Source: an uncultured Candidatus Saccharibacteria bacterium (GTDB taxonomy: Bacteria > Patescibacteriota > Minisyncoccia > Phycocordibacterales > PALSA-1337). From it: a stretch of DNA of 61,478 nucleotides. Location of the stretch: the NCBI GenBank assembly GCA_964467225.1, contig CAYXPQ010000004.1, positions 1 through 61,478 on the forward strand, written 5' to 3'. Shown here piece after piece: positions 18,323-27,235 of the stretch. The translations under genes were made by a program, and so were the position numbers. The notes under the pieces are model-generated. The model was not told where the DNA came from. It saw nothing but the letters and a program-made list of their open reading frames with translations, and did no database searches. Within the stretch, counting starts at the first letter, position 1. Each line of letters opens with the position of its first letter.

Positions 18323-19507
18323 TTATTTTAAATGAATATGCTTTTTTGATATTGGCTCGTATTTCTTTAAGTCCTTTTTTGTCTTCCTATTAAGAATACT
18401 ATGGAAATGATTTGAAGGTAAGCCATCAATATGCATTCTTGGTCGCATGGCATACACCATATCTTCTGTTATAACTGTTCCCTTTGGAATATCGCATGCA
18501 GCAACTAGACTTTTATTGAAATATGGTCTGAATTTGTTTTTTGCTCCTTCTAACTCTTTATTCTTTTTGCCATAGTAAATATCTGTATCAACTTTGTGAT
18601 GCTCGTTATTCTTAATTGCATTTATCAAATCCTTCATTTCATCTGGAGTAATTGAAGCTTTGTGATCAGATCCCCACAAATCTCTAGAGAAAGAGAAATG
18701 CTTCTCTATTACCTTTGCTCCCATTTTGACAGCAGCGAGAGGAATAGTCATATCTCCAACAGAATGATCAGAGAAACCAATAGTTACATCTGGATATTTC
18801 TCTTTGAAATATTCTATTGTAGATAGATTGAAATATTCAGGAGGACAAGGATATTCACTAATACAATAAAGCACTGTAAGTGGTGATTCTCTTTTTGTAA
18901 TATAATCTACAACTTCATCTAATTCACTTAGACTCACCATTCCAGTTGATATGATTATAGGTTTTTTTGTCTTTGTAATAAAATCTAAAAGAACATGATC
19001 TTGAACATCTCCAGATCCGACTTTCCAAATTGGTACATCAATATTCTCAAGCTTGATCGCTGCCTTTCTGGACATTGGAGTTGAGAAAAATATAATCCCC
19101 CTTTTATCCGAATAATCCTTAAGTTCTTTAAAAAATTCTATTGGAGCTTCTTCTGTATTCCTCTTTACCCAAGCATATCTATCACTTCCCTTAAAATGTG
19201 GTGACACCACATGAATATTCATCTGCTCATCCTCAACTTCATGAGTTTGAAATTTGACTGCATGCGCACCTGCTCCCACTGCTGCATCTACAAGCTGTTT
19301 TGCATTATTTAAATACGTTTCTATTGTTTGTGATTCTTGGGATTGAATAAAGTTCTTGCCTATTTCTGCAATAACAAAGACTCCTTCTTGATCAATTATT
19401 TCTTTCATTGATCTAACTTTCTTTTTTGCTTTAATAGTCTTAGCTACCTTGGGCTTTTTGATTTTAGATATTCTTTTTGATTTCATATAAAATGAATTAT
19501 TCCACAA
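18323..19507 (-). CDS. neuB: N-acetylneuraminate/nonulosonate synthase (NeuB family with a C-terminal SAF domain)
   Basis: 394 aa. Motifs VFVIAEIGKNF, AVKFQTH and GFSDHS, plus a SAF-like tail (IPKGTVITEDMV). It has a lysine-rich N-terminal extension of about 35 aa. An alternative start at 19486 (MKSKR) would remove the 11-nt overlap with neuC. Confidence 0.85.
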   Translation of the reverse strand: MWNNSFYMKSKRISKIKKPKVAKTIKAKKKVRSMKEIIDQEGVFVIAEIGKNFIQSQESQTIETYLNNAKQLVDAAVGAGAHAVKFQTHEVEDEQMNIHVVSPHFKGSDRYAWVKRNTEEAPIEFFKELKDYSDKRGIIFFSTPMSRKAAIKLENIDVPIWKVGSGDVQDHVLLDFITKTKKPIIISTGMVSLSELDEVVDYITKRESPLTVLYCISEYPCPPEYFNLSTIEYFKEKYPDVTIGFSDHSVGDMTIPLAAVKMGAKVIEKHFSFSRDLWGSDHKASITPDEMKDLINAIKNNEHHKVDTDIYYGKKNKELEGAKNKFRPYFNKSLVAACDIPKGTVITEDMVYAMRPRMHIDGLPSNHFHSILNRKTKKDLKKYEPISKKHIHLK

Positions 19508-20654
19508 AACTCTTTTGACTATATAATGGCACTGTAGCTATTATCTTGGCAATATTCTTACTTGTATCCTTTGCAAAATAAATATCAGAGACAGGATATC
19601 TACCCTTTTTAATCTGCTTATTTATTGCCTCTCTTATAGCATCAGTGTCATGCAAAACTGATAGAACATTTGACGCTTTTAATCTATTATTCTGTCTTGT
19701 ACCAATATTAACAACTGGCAAACCCATGAACGAAGTCTCCTTTATGCCTGCAGAAGAATTACCTATCAAACATAGACTATTATTTAGTAACCAAATAAAA
19801 TCTCTAGGACCAAGATATCTCATAAAGCGTATTTTATGTCCCTTCTGTTCATCTTTAAAAACTCTAAGTTCCTGAGACACATCTTCTGCTCCAGCATCAG
19901 CATTTGGCCAGAACCATAGTGTAGGTAGTCCTGTAGCATGAACAGCTTTCAAAATCTTTCTGGTATTCTCATGAACATGTTTTATATCTGTGATATCAGG
20001 ATGATACATAACAACCAAATACCCTTTTGATAAATCAAAAGATGCACCACTACCGGTTTTAGAGAGATCAAATTTATGTTTTGTTTTCAATAACCTATGA
20101 ACAACTTCAACATCCGGACTACCAAAGTTGTATACATATGAAGGATGCTCACCTAATTTCAAAATTCTATTTTTTGCTGGCTCATTTGTTGCGAAATGTA
20201 TATGAGATAATTTTGTAATTGCATGTCTGACACTTTCATCTATTGAACCAGATAGATCACCGCCTTCAATATGAGCTACAGGAATAGACATATATGCAGC
20301 TGCAATAGTCGCAGAGAGAACTTCAAATCTATCACCACGAACTACTACAACATCTGGCTTAATATGATTAAATAAAGTTGTAAATTCTATAATTCCTAGT
20401 CCAGTTGTCTTGGCTTTCACAATAGTATCATTGCCTTCAAGATTGAAATGTAATTCATAAAGATTATTATGACCATCTTTTTTTAATAGCTTTTTTATAT
20501 CTGCATATTTTGATGAGTATCTAGAAAGCAAAGCAGTACCACCAACGATAATATGAAGATCTACATCCTTTCGTTTCTTTAGTTCTTCTAACACCAATAG
20601 ATTGCGACTATAGTGAATAAAGCTAGTTATAACAAAGCAAACCTTTCTTTTCAT
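19497..20654 (-). CDS. neuC: UDP-N-acetylglucosamine 2-epimerase, hydrolysing type (NeuC-like)
   Basis: 385 aa. Epimerase_2 layout with VVVRGDRFEVLSATIAAAYMSIPVAHIEGGD, HFATNE and IGNSSAGIKE. Confidence 0.8.
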   Translation of the reverse strand: MKRKVCFVITSFIHYSRNLLVLEELKKRKDVDLHIIVGGTALLSRYSSKYADIKKLLKKDGHNNLYELHFNLEGNDTIVKAKTTGLGIIEFTTLFNHIKPDVVVVRGDRFEVLSATIAAAYMSIPVAHIEGGDLSGSIDESVRHAITKLSHIHFATNEPAKNRILKLGEHPSYVYNFGSPDVEVVHRLLKTKHKFDLSKTGSGASFDLSKGYLVVMYHPDITDIKHVHENTRKILKAVHATGLPTLWFWPNADAGAEDVSQELRVFKDEQKGHKIRFMRYLGPRDFIWLLNNSLCLIGNSSAGIKETSFMGLPVVNIGTRQNNRLKASNVLSVLHDTDAIREAINKQIKKGRYPVSDIYFAKDTSKNIAKIIATVPLYSQKSFVE

Positions 20655-20656
20655 GT

Positions 20657-21640
20657 CTAACTAATATGCAGCATTTTCCTCAATAAAGCAAGGCGACGTG
20701 AATACTTAAAAATATAGACAAATCTCACAAAAAGTGGCACCAATGATAATCGTGTTTTTATATAAATATTCTTTGGAATTTCTAATTTTTGTGGAATCTG
20801 AGACTTCTTTGCAACAATTCTTATGTGATGAGTATTCAGACCATTCGCTTTCTGCTCCTTTATTTCTTTTTGACTTTTGCCCTCATCAACATCAATATAG
20901 ACAACTTCAAATCCTGCACTTTTGCACATTAGAGAAAGAGTCTCTGGAGTAAACATATAAACATGATCAATCTGAACCCCTGAGCTTAATTTCCCCATCC
21001 TTCTAACTTGATGACGCCAATTCTTAACAGCAAGAAATACATGACCGCCATCTATCAGAGAATTATGTGACCATGTAAGAAATTTCTTTGGATCTAGAAG
21101 ATGATTTAAGCTTTGTACACATAGAATATTAGAAACTTTTCCATTTAAATCAATATCAACATCTTCAAAAAGACCTCGTATTGTCTTAACACCTTTTGAC
21201 TGAGCATACCCGCTCTCATCTAATGATGGCTCTATCCCCAATAATTCCAAATCCTTTCTTACCTCTTTCATTCCATACAATATTCCTCCTGTACTTGATC
21301 CAACATCAACAGTCAATCCCGCTTTTAGAGATTGACCCATATATTTAACTATTGCCTTACCAAACTTTCTGGCATTCTCAAAATTCTTGTCTAAATCATT
21401 GATATATTCTTTCTTCTTGATCTCTGCTCTATCAATTCTATAGAAAGATTTGTAATAATCATCATAATCTTTGCTTGTCATTCTTGGATTTATATAAATG
21501 AGACTGCATTTTTTACACATTACAGTATTAACAGGCAAATTATTTACACTTCTTTTGCAAATAATTTTTGAATCATTTGAATTGCAAAGATTACATAGTA
21601 TATTCTCTAATTTTTTATCTTGATAATTAAATGAATCCAT
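20657..21640 (-). CDS. Class I SAM-dependent methyltransferase with an N-terminal CxxC...CxxC zinc ribbon (paralog 1)
   Basis: 327 aa. Zinc-ribbon sequence CNLCNS...CKKCSLIYINPRM and SAM motif DVGSSTGG. The C-terminal tail is hydrophobic. It is a clear paralog of 26293-27231. Confidence 0.75.
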   Translation of the reverse strand: MDSFNYQDKKLENILCNLCNSNDSKIICKRSVNNLPVNTVMCKKCSLIYINPRMTSKDYDDYYKSFYRIDRAEIKKKEYINDLDKNFENARKFGKAIVKYMGQSLKAGLTVDVGSSTGGILYGMKEVRKDLELLGIEPSLDESGYAQSKGVKTIRGLFEDVDIDLNGKVSNILCVQSLNHLLDPKKFLTWSHNSLIDGGHVFLAVKNWRHQVRRMGKLSSGVQIDHVYMFTPETLSLMCKSAGFEVVYIDVDEGKSQKEIKEQKANGLNTHHIRIVAKKSQIPQKLEIPKNIYIKTRLSLVPLFVRFVYIFKYSRRLALLRKMLHIS

Positions 21641-21643
21641 ATT

Positions 21644-22795
21644 TTATAATGATATATTTTTAGTTATATAATTTCCATAAATATCATTTGCACCAATGCC
21701 GATTCTGGAACTACCTTTTGGTATTTCGACTTGATAAGTTAGATTATTAATCTTTGTAGTATCAATTCTTTCAACATTTCCAACTTTATCTTCTGCAATA
21801 ACGAAAGGTTGCTCGCAGAACATTTCATGATTAGCAATTATCTTAAATTCATTATTATCCAGCTTCTCAACTATTAAGTCTAATTTATCAAGTGATAGTT
21901 TGGTATGAGGTCTCAATGCTTCTAAAGCGTTTGAATAAGCCCAAGGTATGCCAACTTTTGCACTTATTTCGTTTAGAATTCTATGAGTATCAGAGAATTC
22001 ATCAAGAATACTTCTATAATAATCATGTGTATGGAAAGAGAAGATTGCTGGTCTGTCTTGTTTGATCTCATTGAAAGCAGATTCAACTTCCTTAATATCA
22101 AGACTGCCTGATCCACCCTTCGCTGCAACAGGTAATGATCTTGCAACAAATCTCTTCATAGATCCTGGATGCTGATAATTTTCAAATGAAGGATTGTACG
22201 GAACCCAGCTAGTTGTAGCTTCACTCCAATCACAAAAATCTCTTTTTACAGGGGAAATACTAGAATAATCAAACGGAATCCATTTCTCTAACCAATGAGA
22301 ATTATCATTTGTCTCAACGTATTTACCAGCACGATATAATGTTGGGAAAAAATCATGATTCAAAATTAATTTACCTAATATATATTCATACCATTTAGAA
22401 TCATTCCAATTCTTATTCCAACCCCATGCACCATCAAGTGGTGGATGATGATAATGCCAGTACAGGCCATCTTTTGTGATTTTAATTGTATCGTCAGACA
22501 AAATAGATTTTCTATAGAAATCCCAAACAGCATGAAGCCTTATGTCATGTCCTCTCTTTTTGAATTCTGTATCATTCTTAGAGTATCCAGTCCAATCAAG
22601 TAAAAACCAATTTATTATTAAAGGATTATCAAATGAATCCCTCAGAGAATTTCTCAAATCCCCTGTTAAAGTATTTACTAATTCACCCAATGACTCCCAA
22701 CTATCAACCATATCTGCTCGACCAGTTGTTGGACCCTCAGTATCAATAATTGGAACTACAGGTAAAATCTTTTTCATTTTATTCAATAATATCAA
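21644..22795 (-). CDS. Hypothetical enzyme (383 aa), possibly a glycoside-hydrolase/deacetylase-type barrel
   Basis: The ORF is tightly packed in the operon. IIDTEGP near the N-terminus and FSFHTHDYY are reminiscent of metal-dependent carbohydrate esterase/hydrolase folds. No firm family assignment. Confidence 0.45.
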   Translation of the reverse strand: MILLNKMKKILPVVPIIDTEGPTTGRADMVDSWESLGELVNTLTGDLRNSLRDSFDNPLIINWFLLDWTGYSKNDTEFKKRGHDIRLHAVWDFYRKSILSDDTIKITKDGLYWHYHHPPLDGAWGWNKNWNDSKWYEYILGKLILNHDFFPTLYRAGKYVETNDNSHWLEKWIPFDYSSISPVKRDFCDWSEATTSWVPYNPSFENYQHPGSMKRFVARSLPVAAKGGSGSLDIKEVESAFNEIKQDRPAIFSFHTHDYYRSILDEFSDTHRILNEISAKVGIPWAYSNALEALRPHTKLSLDKLDLIVEKLDNNEFKIIANHEMFCEQPFVIAEDKVGNVERIDTTKINNLTYQVEIPKGSSRIGIGANDIYGNYITKNISL

Positions 22796-23576
22796 CTTTA
22801 ATTGGATTGGTTTCGTTAGCTTCTACATATTTCTCTATCATCCCTGACTCCATTAATTCTTTAAGATGAGGAATATGAGAAACATTAAAATCTTTACGCT
22901 GATATAATTTGCCTTTACTTGTTTGAGGATAGAATTTTGCTGTACCATTCATTAATTCTTTAATAGATTGCTCCATCAACTTCTCACCAACAATTATAGT
23001 TTTGTTACCTATAGTATGTTGATTATCCCCCTTTTCTATTTGTGGTCTACCTTGATGAATTATAGGACCAGTATCAATACCTATATCTATTTTGTGTATT
23101 GTTACACCTACATATTGTGGTTCATTATTATATAGTGGCCAAAAATTAGTTCCAGAGCCTCGATAATAAGGTGATAAACCTAAATGCATATTCAATATGC
23201 CATCTTTACAGATATTTATTGTTTCATCTTTCAGAAGACTAGTGCCAAATACAGCAATAATATCTGGCTTAAAAAAAGAAATCCTATCTCTACATTCTTG
23301 TGAGTTTATTTCTCCCTTAGGAACTTCAAAAAGATTTTTATTATTAAATTCAGTATTAGAACCGAAAAATTTCTTCTCTTCATCTTTAGCCATCCCGAAG
23401 TGCCAATCCCACATACTCTTCTCTTCAGGCGTCATATTCTTATCTGAAGATGACTCAGTAGCTGGGTTGAATACCTTACCTTCAGAGAAAATAGCTTTGA
23501 TATCAAATGCTTTTGAGAGAGAATTTGCAAAAAATTTATGTCTAAATTGATTGCCTGTAAGAATTATTATATTCAT
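22779..23576 (-). CDS. Formyltransferase-family protein (likely a sugar N-formyltransferase)
   Basis: 265 aa. Motifs PDIIAVFGTSLL, ILNMHLGLSPYYRGSGTNFWP and GVTIHKIDIGIDTGPII match the Formyl_trans_N catalytic core (N-H-D). Confidence 0.75.
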   Translation of the reverse strand: MNIIILTGNQFRHKFFANSLSKAFDIKAIFSEGKVFNPATESSSDKNMTPEEKSMWDWHFGMAKDEEKKFFGSNTEFNNKNLFEVPKGEINSQECRDRISFFKPDIIAVFGTSLLKDETINICKDGILNMHLGLSPYYRGSGTNFWPLYNNEPQYVGVTIHKIDIGIDTGPIIHQGRPQIEKGDNQHTIGNKTIIVGEKLMEQSIKELMNGTAKFYPQTSKGKLYQRKDFNVSHIPHLKELMESGMIEKYVEANETNPIKVDIIE

Positions 23577-23577
23577 A

Positions 23578-24966
23578 TTATTTGATTACATTTAAAATAA
23601 AATTTGCTATCCTTTCACCTGATTTACCATCAGTGAAAGTGCATTGTTCTTTGATCAACTGCTTTCTTTCTTTTGATTTAATTGATGGATCAAGTAAATA
23701 TGAATTTATAGATTTGACCAATTCATCTTCACTACCAACAAGATCAATAGCTCCAGTTTTTAATGCATTTTTGTAATGCTCTGAATTATAATGCTGTGTA
23801 GGAGACTTTAACATTATATTATTCTCCTTTATTTCATAATTTATATTTATAACAGGTTTATCAAAAACTGCCGCATCAACACTAATACTAGATGCATAGC
23901 ATATCAAAATAGACATGTGTTTCAAAGTGGCATATAGATGAGATAGATCAGATTGATTCATATCCCAATCCACACCTCTCTTTGATCCAAATCTGATACC
24001 CGGTTGATCATATTTAAGATATGGTCTCTTTTTTATTTCGACTTCATCAACAAAATCATTTGGCTGAAATCGGACGAGTAGAGCACAATCTTTTACTAAT
24101 TTACCTTTTGTCTCAGTAAGTTTATAGAGAAAATCAATCATATCCCAATCTGATGTACTAAATGCTCTACCCATTGAGGCATAGACTAATAATTCTTTAT
24201 CTGGAGAGATTGAAATTTTATTAAAAAATTCTTGTCTATTCAAGAAATTACTCTGATCAGAGTAGAAATAATCATATTGAGGAAGACCACTTACAAATAT
24301 ATTCTCTTCTTTCATTTCATTATGCTCAATCATTTCTGCTTTTACAATATCATTGAAGACAATAGCTTTGTCCGGCAATAATCTCAGAATACATCTAGAA
24401 GTAACCTTATCCCATGAATTGATATACCCAATGGTTTTGACTTTCCTCTTTTTTGCCTCTCTGAGCAAATGTACCTCTGGCTCATCAAAAAGATGAGCGA
24501 GAAATACCAAATCTGGTTTATATTTATCAAAATATTGACTATATGTATTATCTTTAACTAATACAAAATCTAAATACCTTGCCAATCCCCTAATAATTGG
24601 CCAAGCCATAATAAAATTCAGAATCCTGCCGGAATAGTATTGAAAATATTTACCTTCATATTCACATACCATCTTTCTTTTCATATTTGTGGTCTTTGTT
24701 CTTAATAGAACAAATTTTAATTTTGAAAAGAATCTATCAATTGCCGATTTTGATTTCCACTCTACTAACTCAAAGGAAATTCTCCCTTGAATTGAATAGC
24801 CTAAAAACTCATTTTCATAATAATCAATTTTTTGTTGAGATTTAGTAAATAAAACTATCCTAATATCATTTTTTGATAATAGATTTTCAAGTATTGGAGT
24901 TCTAAGTATGTTCTTGACTTCAACTCCTTCAAAAATAGTTATGAAAATTGTTTTAATATTTTGCAT
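23578..24966 (-). CDS. TagB/TagF-like (CDP-glycerol glycerophosphotransferase-type GT-B) protein, paralog 1
   Basis: 462 aa. Shares WDKVTS, VFNDIVKAEMIEH, LLVRFQPND and C-terminal FTDGKSGERIANFI with the two paralogs. The family assignment is tentative and made from memory. Confidence 0.5.
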   Translation of the reverse strand: MQNIKTIFITIFEGVEVKNILRTPILENLLSKNDIRIVLFTKSQQKIDYYENEFLGYSIQGRISFELVEWKSKSAIDRFFSKLKFVLLRTKTTNMKRKMVCEYEGKYFQYYSGRILNFIMAWPIIRGLARYLDFVLVKDNTYSQYFDKYKPDLVFLAHLFDEPEVHLLREAKKRKVKTIGYINSWDKVTSRCILRLLPDKAIVFNDIVKAEMIEHNEMKEENIFVSGLPQYDYFYSDQSNFLNRQEFFNKISISPDKELLVYASMGRAFSTSDWDMIDFLYKLTETKGKLVKDCALLVRFQPNDFVDEVEIKKRPYLKYDQPGIRFGSKRGVDWDMNQSDLSHLYATLKHMSILICYASSISVDAAVFDKPVININYEIKENNIMLKSPTQHYNSEHYKNALKTGAIDLVGSEDELVKSINSYLLDPSIKSKERKQLIKEQCTFTDGKSGERIANFILNVIK

Positions 24967-24967
24967 A

Positions 24968-26296
24968 TTATTTCATGGATTCAATTAGAACATTAAATAA
25001 TTTACCCGTTGAATTTCCATCCAAAATAGCGACCTCCTTTTGAATCAAATCTTCTCTTTTTTCCTCATCTAATTTAGGATTTTCTATATACTTCTTTACT
25101 GATTCAATAAAATCATCAATTGTAACAGCAAATTTTGCTCCTCCACTCTTGATTATAGGGACAAAATTATCATAATCATAATACCTTCTAATACTATCGT
25201 AATAATCACGCTTTTTATAGCCATCAAAACCAAATAAAATTATTGGTTTATTCATATAGACTGAATCAATTACAACAGTAGATGGTCCCGAGATGACTAT
25301 ATCTGACCAAAAGAGAGTTTGTCCAAGATGAATATCATCATCTTTCCTAATCTCAGTAGTTTTAATATTATCTGTAGTCATATATGATCTATCATATATG
25401 ACTTTAATTCTATTAAATTGATTTGGCTTATTCTCTAATTCACGAACATAGTCACCGGGAGGCATTCTAACAAGAATCTGATAATTCTGGGGAAGATGCT
25501 TATCCAATATAGATACAATATCTCTATCAACTGTATTATCTCTTAAATATCTATCGCCAATAGGTATAACTAAAGCTAGTTTTTTATTTATATCAGCACC
25601 AATTCTATCAAAAAAAGATTTTTTATCTGAATAATCATATCTTTTATAGTCATCATAGTGAGGAATACCTACAATTTCTATATCATCCCTTTTTATATCA
25701 TGAAATTTTATAGCTTCATCTTTGACTATATCATTCCAAACTATCAATCTATCAGGTATAACTCTTATTAACCCCTTAGAGGTTAAATTATCCCAAGACC
25801 TGACCATGCCTAGTGTATAGATTTTATCTCTTTGTGCTTCAATCAAAAGTGCAATATCTATTTCATTTTGAATATCTGTAACAAATATAGAACTTGGATT
25901 ATATTTTTTAAATAAATTTCCAAAAATATTTTTATTGTATGAATATTTCTCTATTTTTCTAATTATAAAATGTGAGAGAAAGTTGCTTAAGAAAAATTTA
26001 GTAAATGAACCACTACCCTTCATTTCAGTTTTCCTCTTTATATTAAGAGTATTTGTATTTAAACTAGCTAACGACAAATATTTTAATAAACCTTCTCTCT
26101 TGCCTAAATCAATATTTATTCCTTCAACAAATACCCCTTCTTTACCAAATGCCTTAGTGAAATAATCTACTTTTTGAGTTGGTACTATCAATATCACTCT
26201 TGTGCTATTTTTTAGTAATAAATCCAAAATGCCTGTAGAAATAATATTTCTAGATATCAATGGATGACAACTAGTTATAAAAATAGTTTTGTTCAT
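24968..26296 (-). CDS. TagB/TagF-like GT-B protein, paralog 2
   Basis: 442 aa. Motifs WDNLTSKG, VWNDIVKDEAIKFH, ILVRMPPGD and LDGNSTGKLFNVL. Confidence 0.5.
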   Translation of the reverse strand: MNKTIFITSCHPLISRNIISTGILDLLLKNSTRVILIVPTQKVDYFTKAFGKEGVFVEGINIDLGKREGLLKYLSLASLNTNTLNIKRKTEMKGSGSFTKFFLSNFLSHFIIRKIEKYSYNKNIFGNLFKKYNPSSIFVTDIQNEIDIALLIEAQRDKIYTLGMVRSWDNLTSKGLIRVIPDRLIVWNDIVKDEAIKFHDIKRDDIEIVGIPHYDDYKRYDYSDKKSFFDRIGADINKKLALVIPIGDRYLRDNTVDRDIVSILDKHLPQNYQILVRMPPGDYVRELENKPNQFNRIKVIYDRSYMTTDNIKTTEIRKDDDIHLGQTLFWSDIVISGPSTVVIDSVYMNKPIILFGFDGYKKRDYYDSIRRYYDYDNFVPIIKSGGAKFAVTIDDFIESVKKYIENPKLDEEKREDLIQKEVAILDGNSTGKLFNVLIESMK

Positions 26297-27231
26297 TTCT
26301 TTAATATACGCGAATGAAGTAGATAATATAAGTATATATAATATTTATTAATAGATAGCAAAGTTTTAATATAATTTCTTGGTGTTAATTTTATTTTATC
26401 AAATGGCTTTTCATTTAATTTTTTGCCAATAATTCTAATATGGACTTTTGGTATACCTTGCTGTGGCTTCTTTTTTGTAAATTCATCAACATCAAATTTA
26501 ACTATTTCAAATCCTGCTGAACGAACAAAATCTTTCAAAAGATCAGGAGTGTACATATAGACATGATCAATTTTTACACTATTACTGTATTTACCTGCCT
26601 TTTTTAGTTGTTGTCTAAAGTTCATTACTTCCACCACTATAATTCCACCATTCACCAGACTATTGTGAGCCCAAGTAAAGAAATATCTTGGATCTAAATA
26701 ATGATTCAATGCTTGAGTACTAACTATAGCAGCACATTTCTCTTGCTTTGTATAATCTTCTATTAGTTCATGATATGTTTTTATACCTTGCTGATTAGCA
26801 TAATCAGCTTCATTGCCAGACGGTTCTAGTCCTATAACCTCTCTATTCAATACTTCTTTAATAGCATACAGAACTCCTCCAGGACCAGATCCTATCTCCA
26901 TTATTGGACCACTAACTTTGAGATATGGCTTCATGAAATTCGCTAGAAATTTTCCATGAACTTGGGTTGTTTCAAACAATCGTCTGCAATCAAAGCCAGA
27001 TCCTTGGACCCCATTATTTATACTTTTTTCTCTATATTCATTCTCATAATATAACTTATAGCCCTCCTTGGTCATTCTGGGATTTATATATATTAGTGCG
27101 CAATTTTTACAGATTACAGATCTAAGATCCAGACCATCAGTACCTTTATTTGATAGAACTTTATAATTATTTTGCCCGCAGAAATTGCATGGGATATTCT
27201 CTTTTTCTATTGTTGAATAAGGAAATGACAT
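26293..27231 (-). CDS. Class I SAM-dependent methyltransferase with an N-terminal zinc ribbon (paralog 2)
   Basis: 312 aa. Motifs CNFCGQ...CKNCALIYINPRM, EIGSGPGG and VKIDHVYMYTP align with paralog 1. Confidence 0.75.
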   Translation of the reverse strand: MSFPYSTIEKENIPCNFCGQNNYKVLSNKGTDGLDLRSVICKNCALIYINPRMTKEGYKLYYENEYREKSINNGVQGSGFDCRRLFETTQVHGKFLANFMKPYLKVSGPIMEIGSGPGGVLYAIKEVLNREVIGLEPSGNEADYANQQGIKTYHELIEDYTKQEKCAAIVSTQALNHYLDPRYFFTWAHNSLVNGGIIVVEVMNFRQQLKKAGKYSNSVKIDHVYMYTPDLLKDFVRSAGFEIVKFDVDEFTKKKPQQGIPKVHIRIIGKKLNEKPFDKIKLTPRNYIKTLLSINKYYIYLYYLLHSRILKK

Positions 27232-27235
27232 GTAA

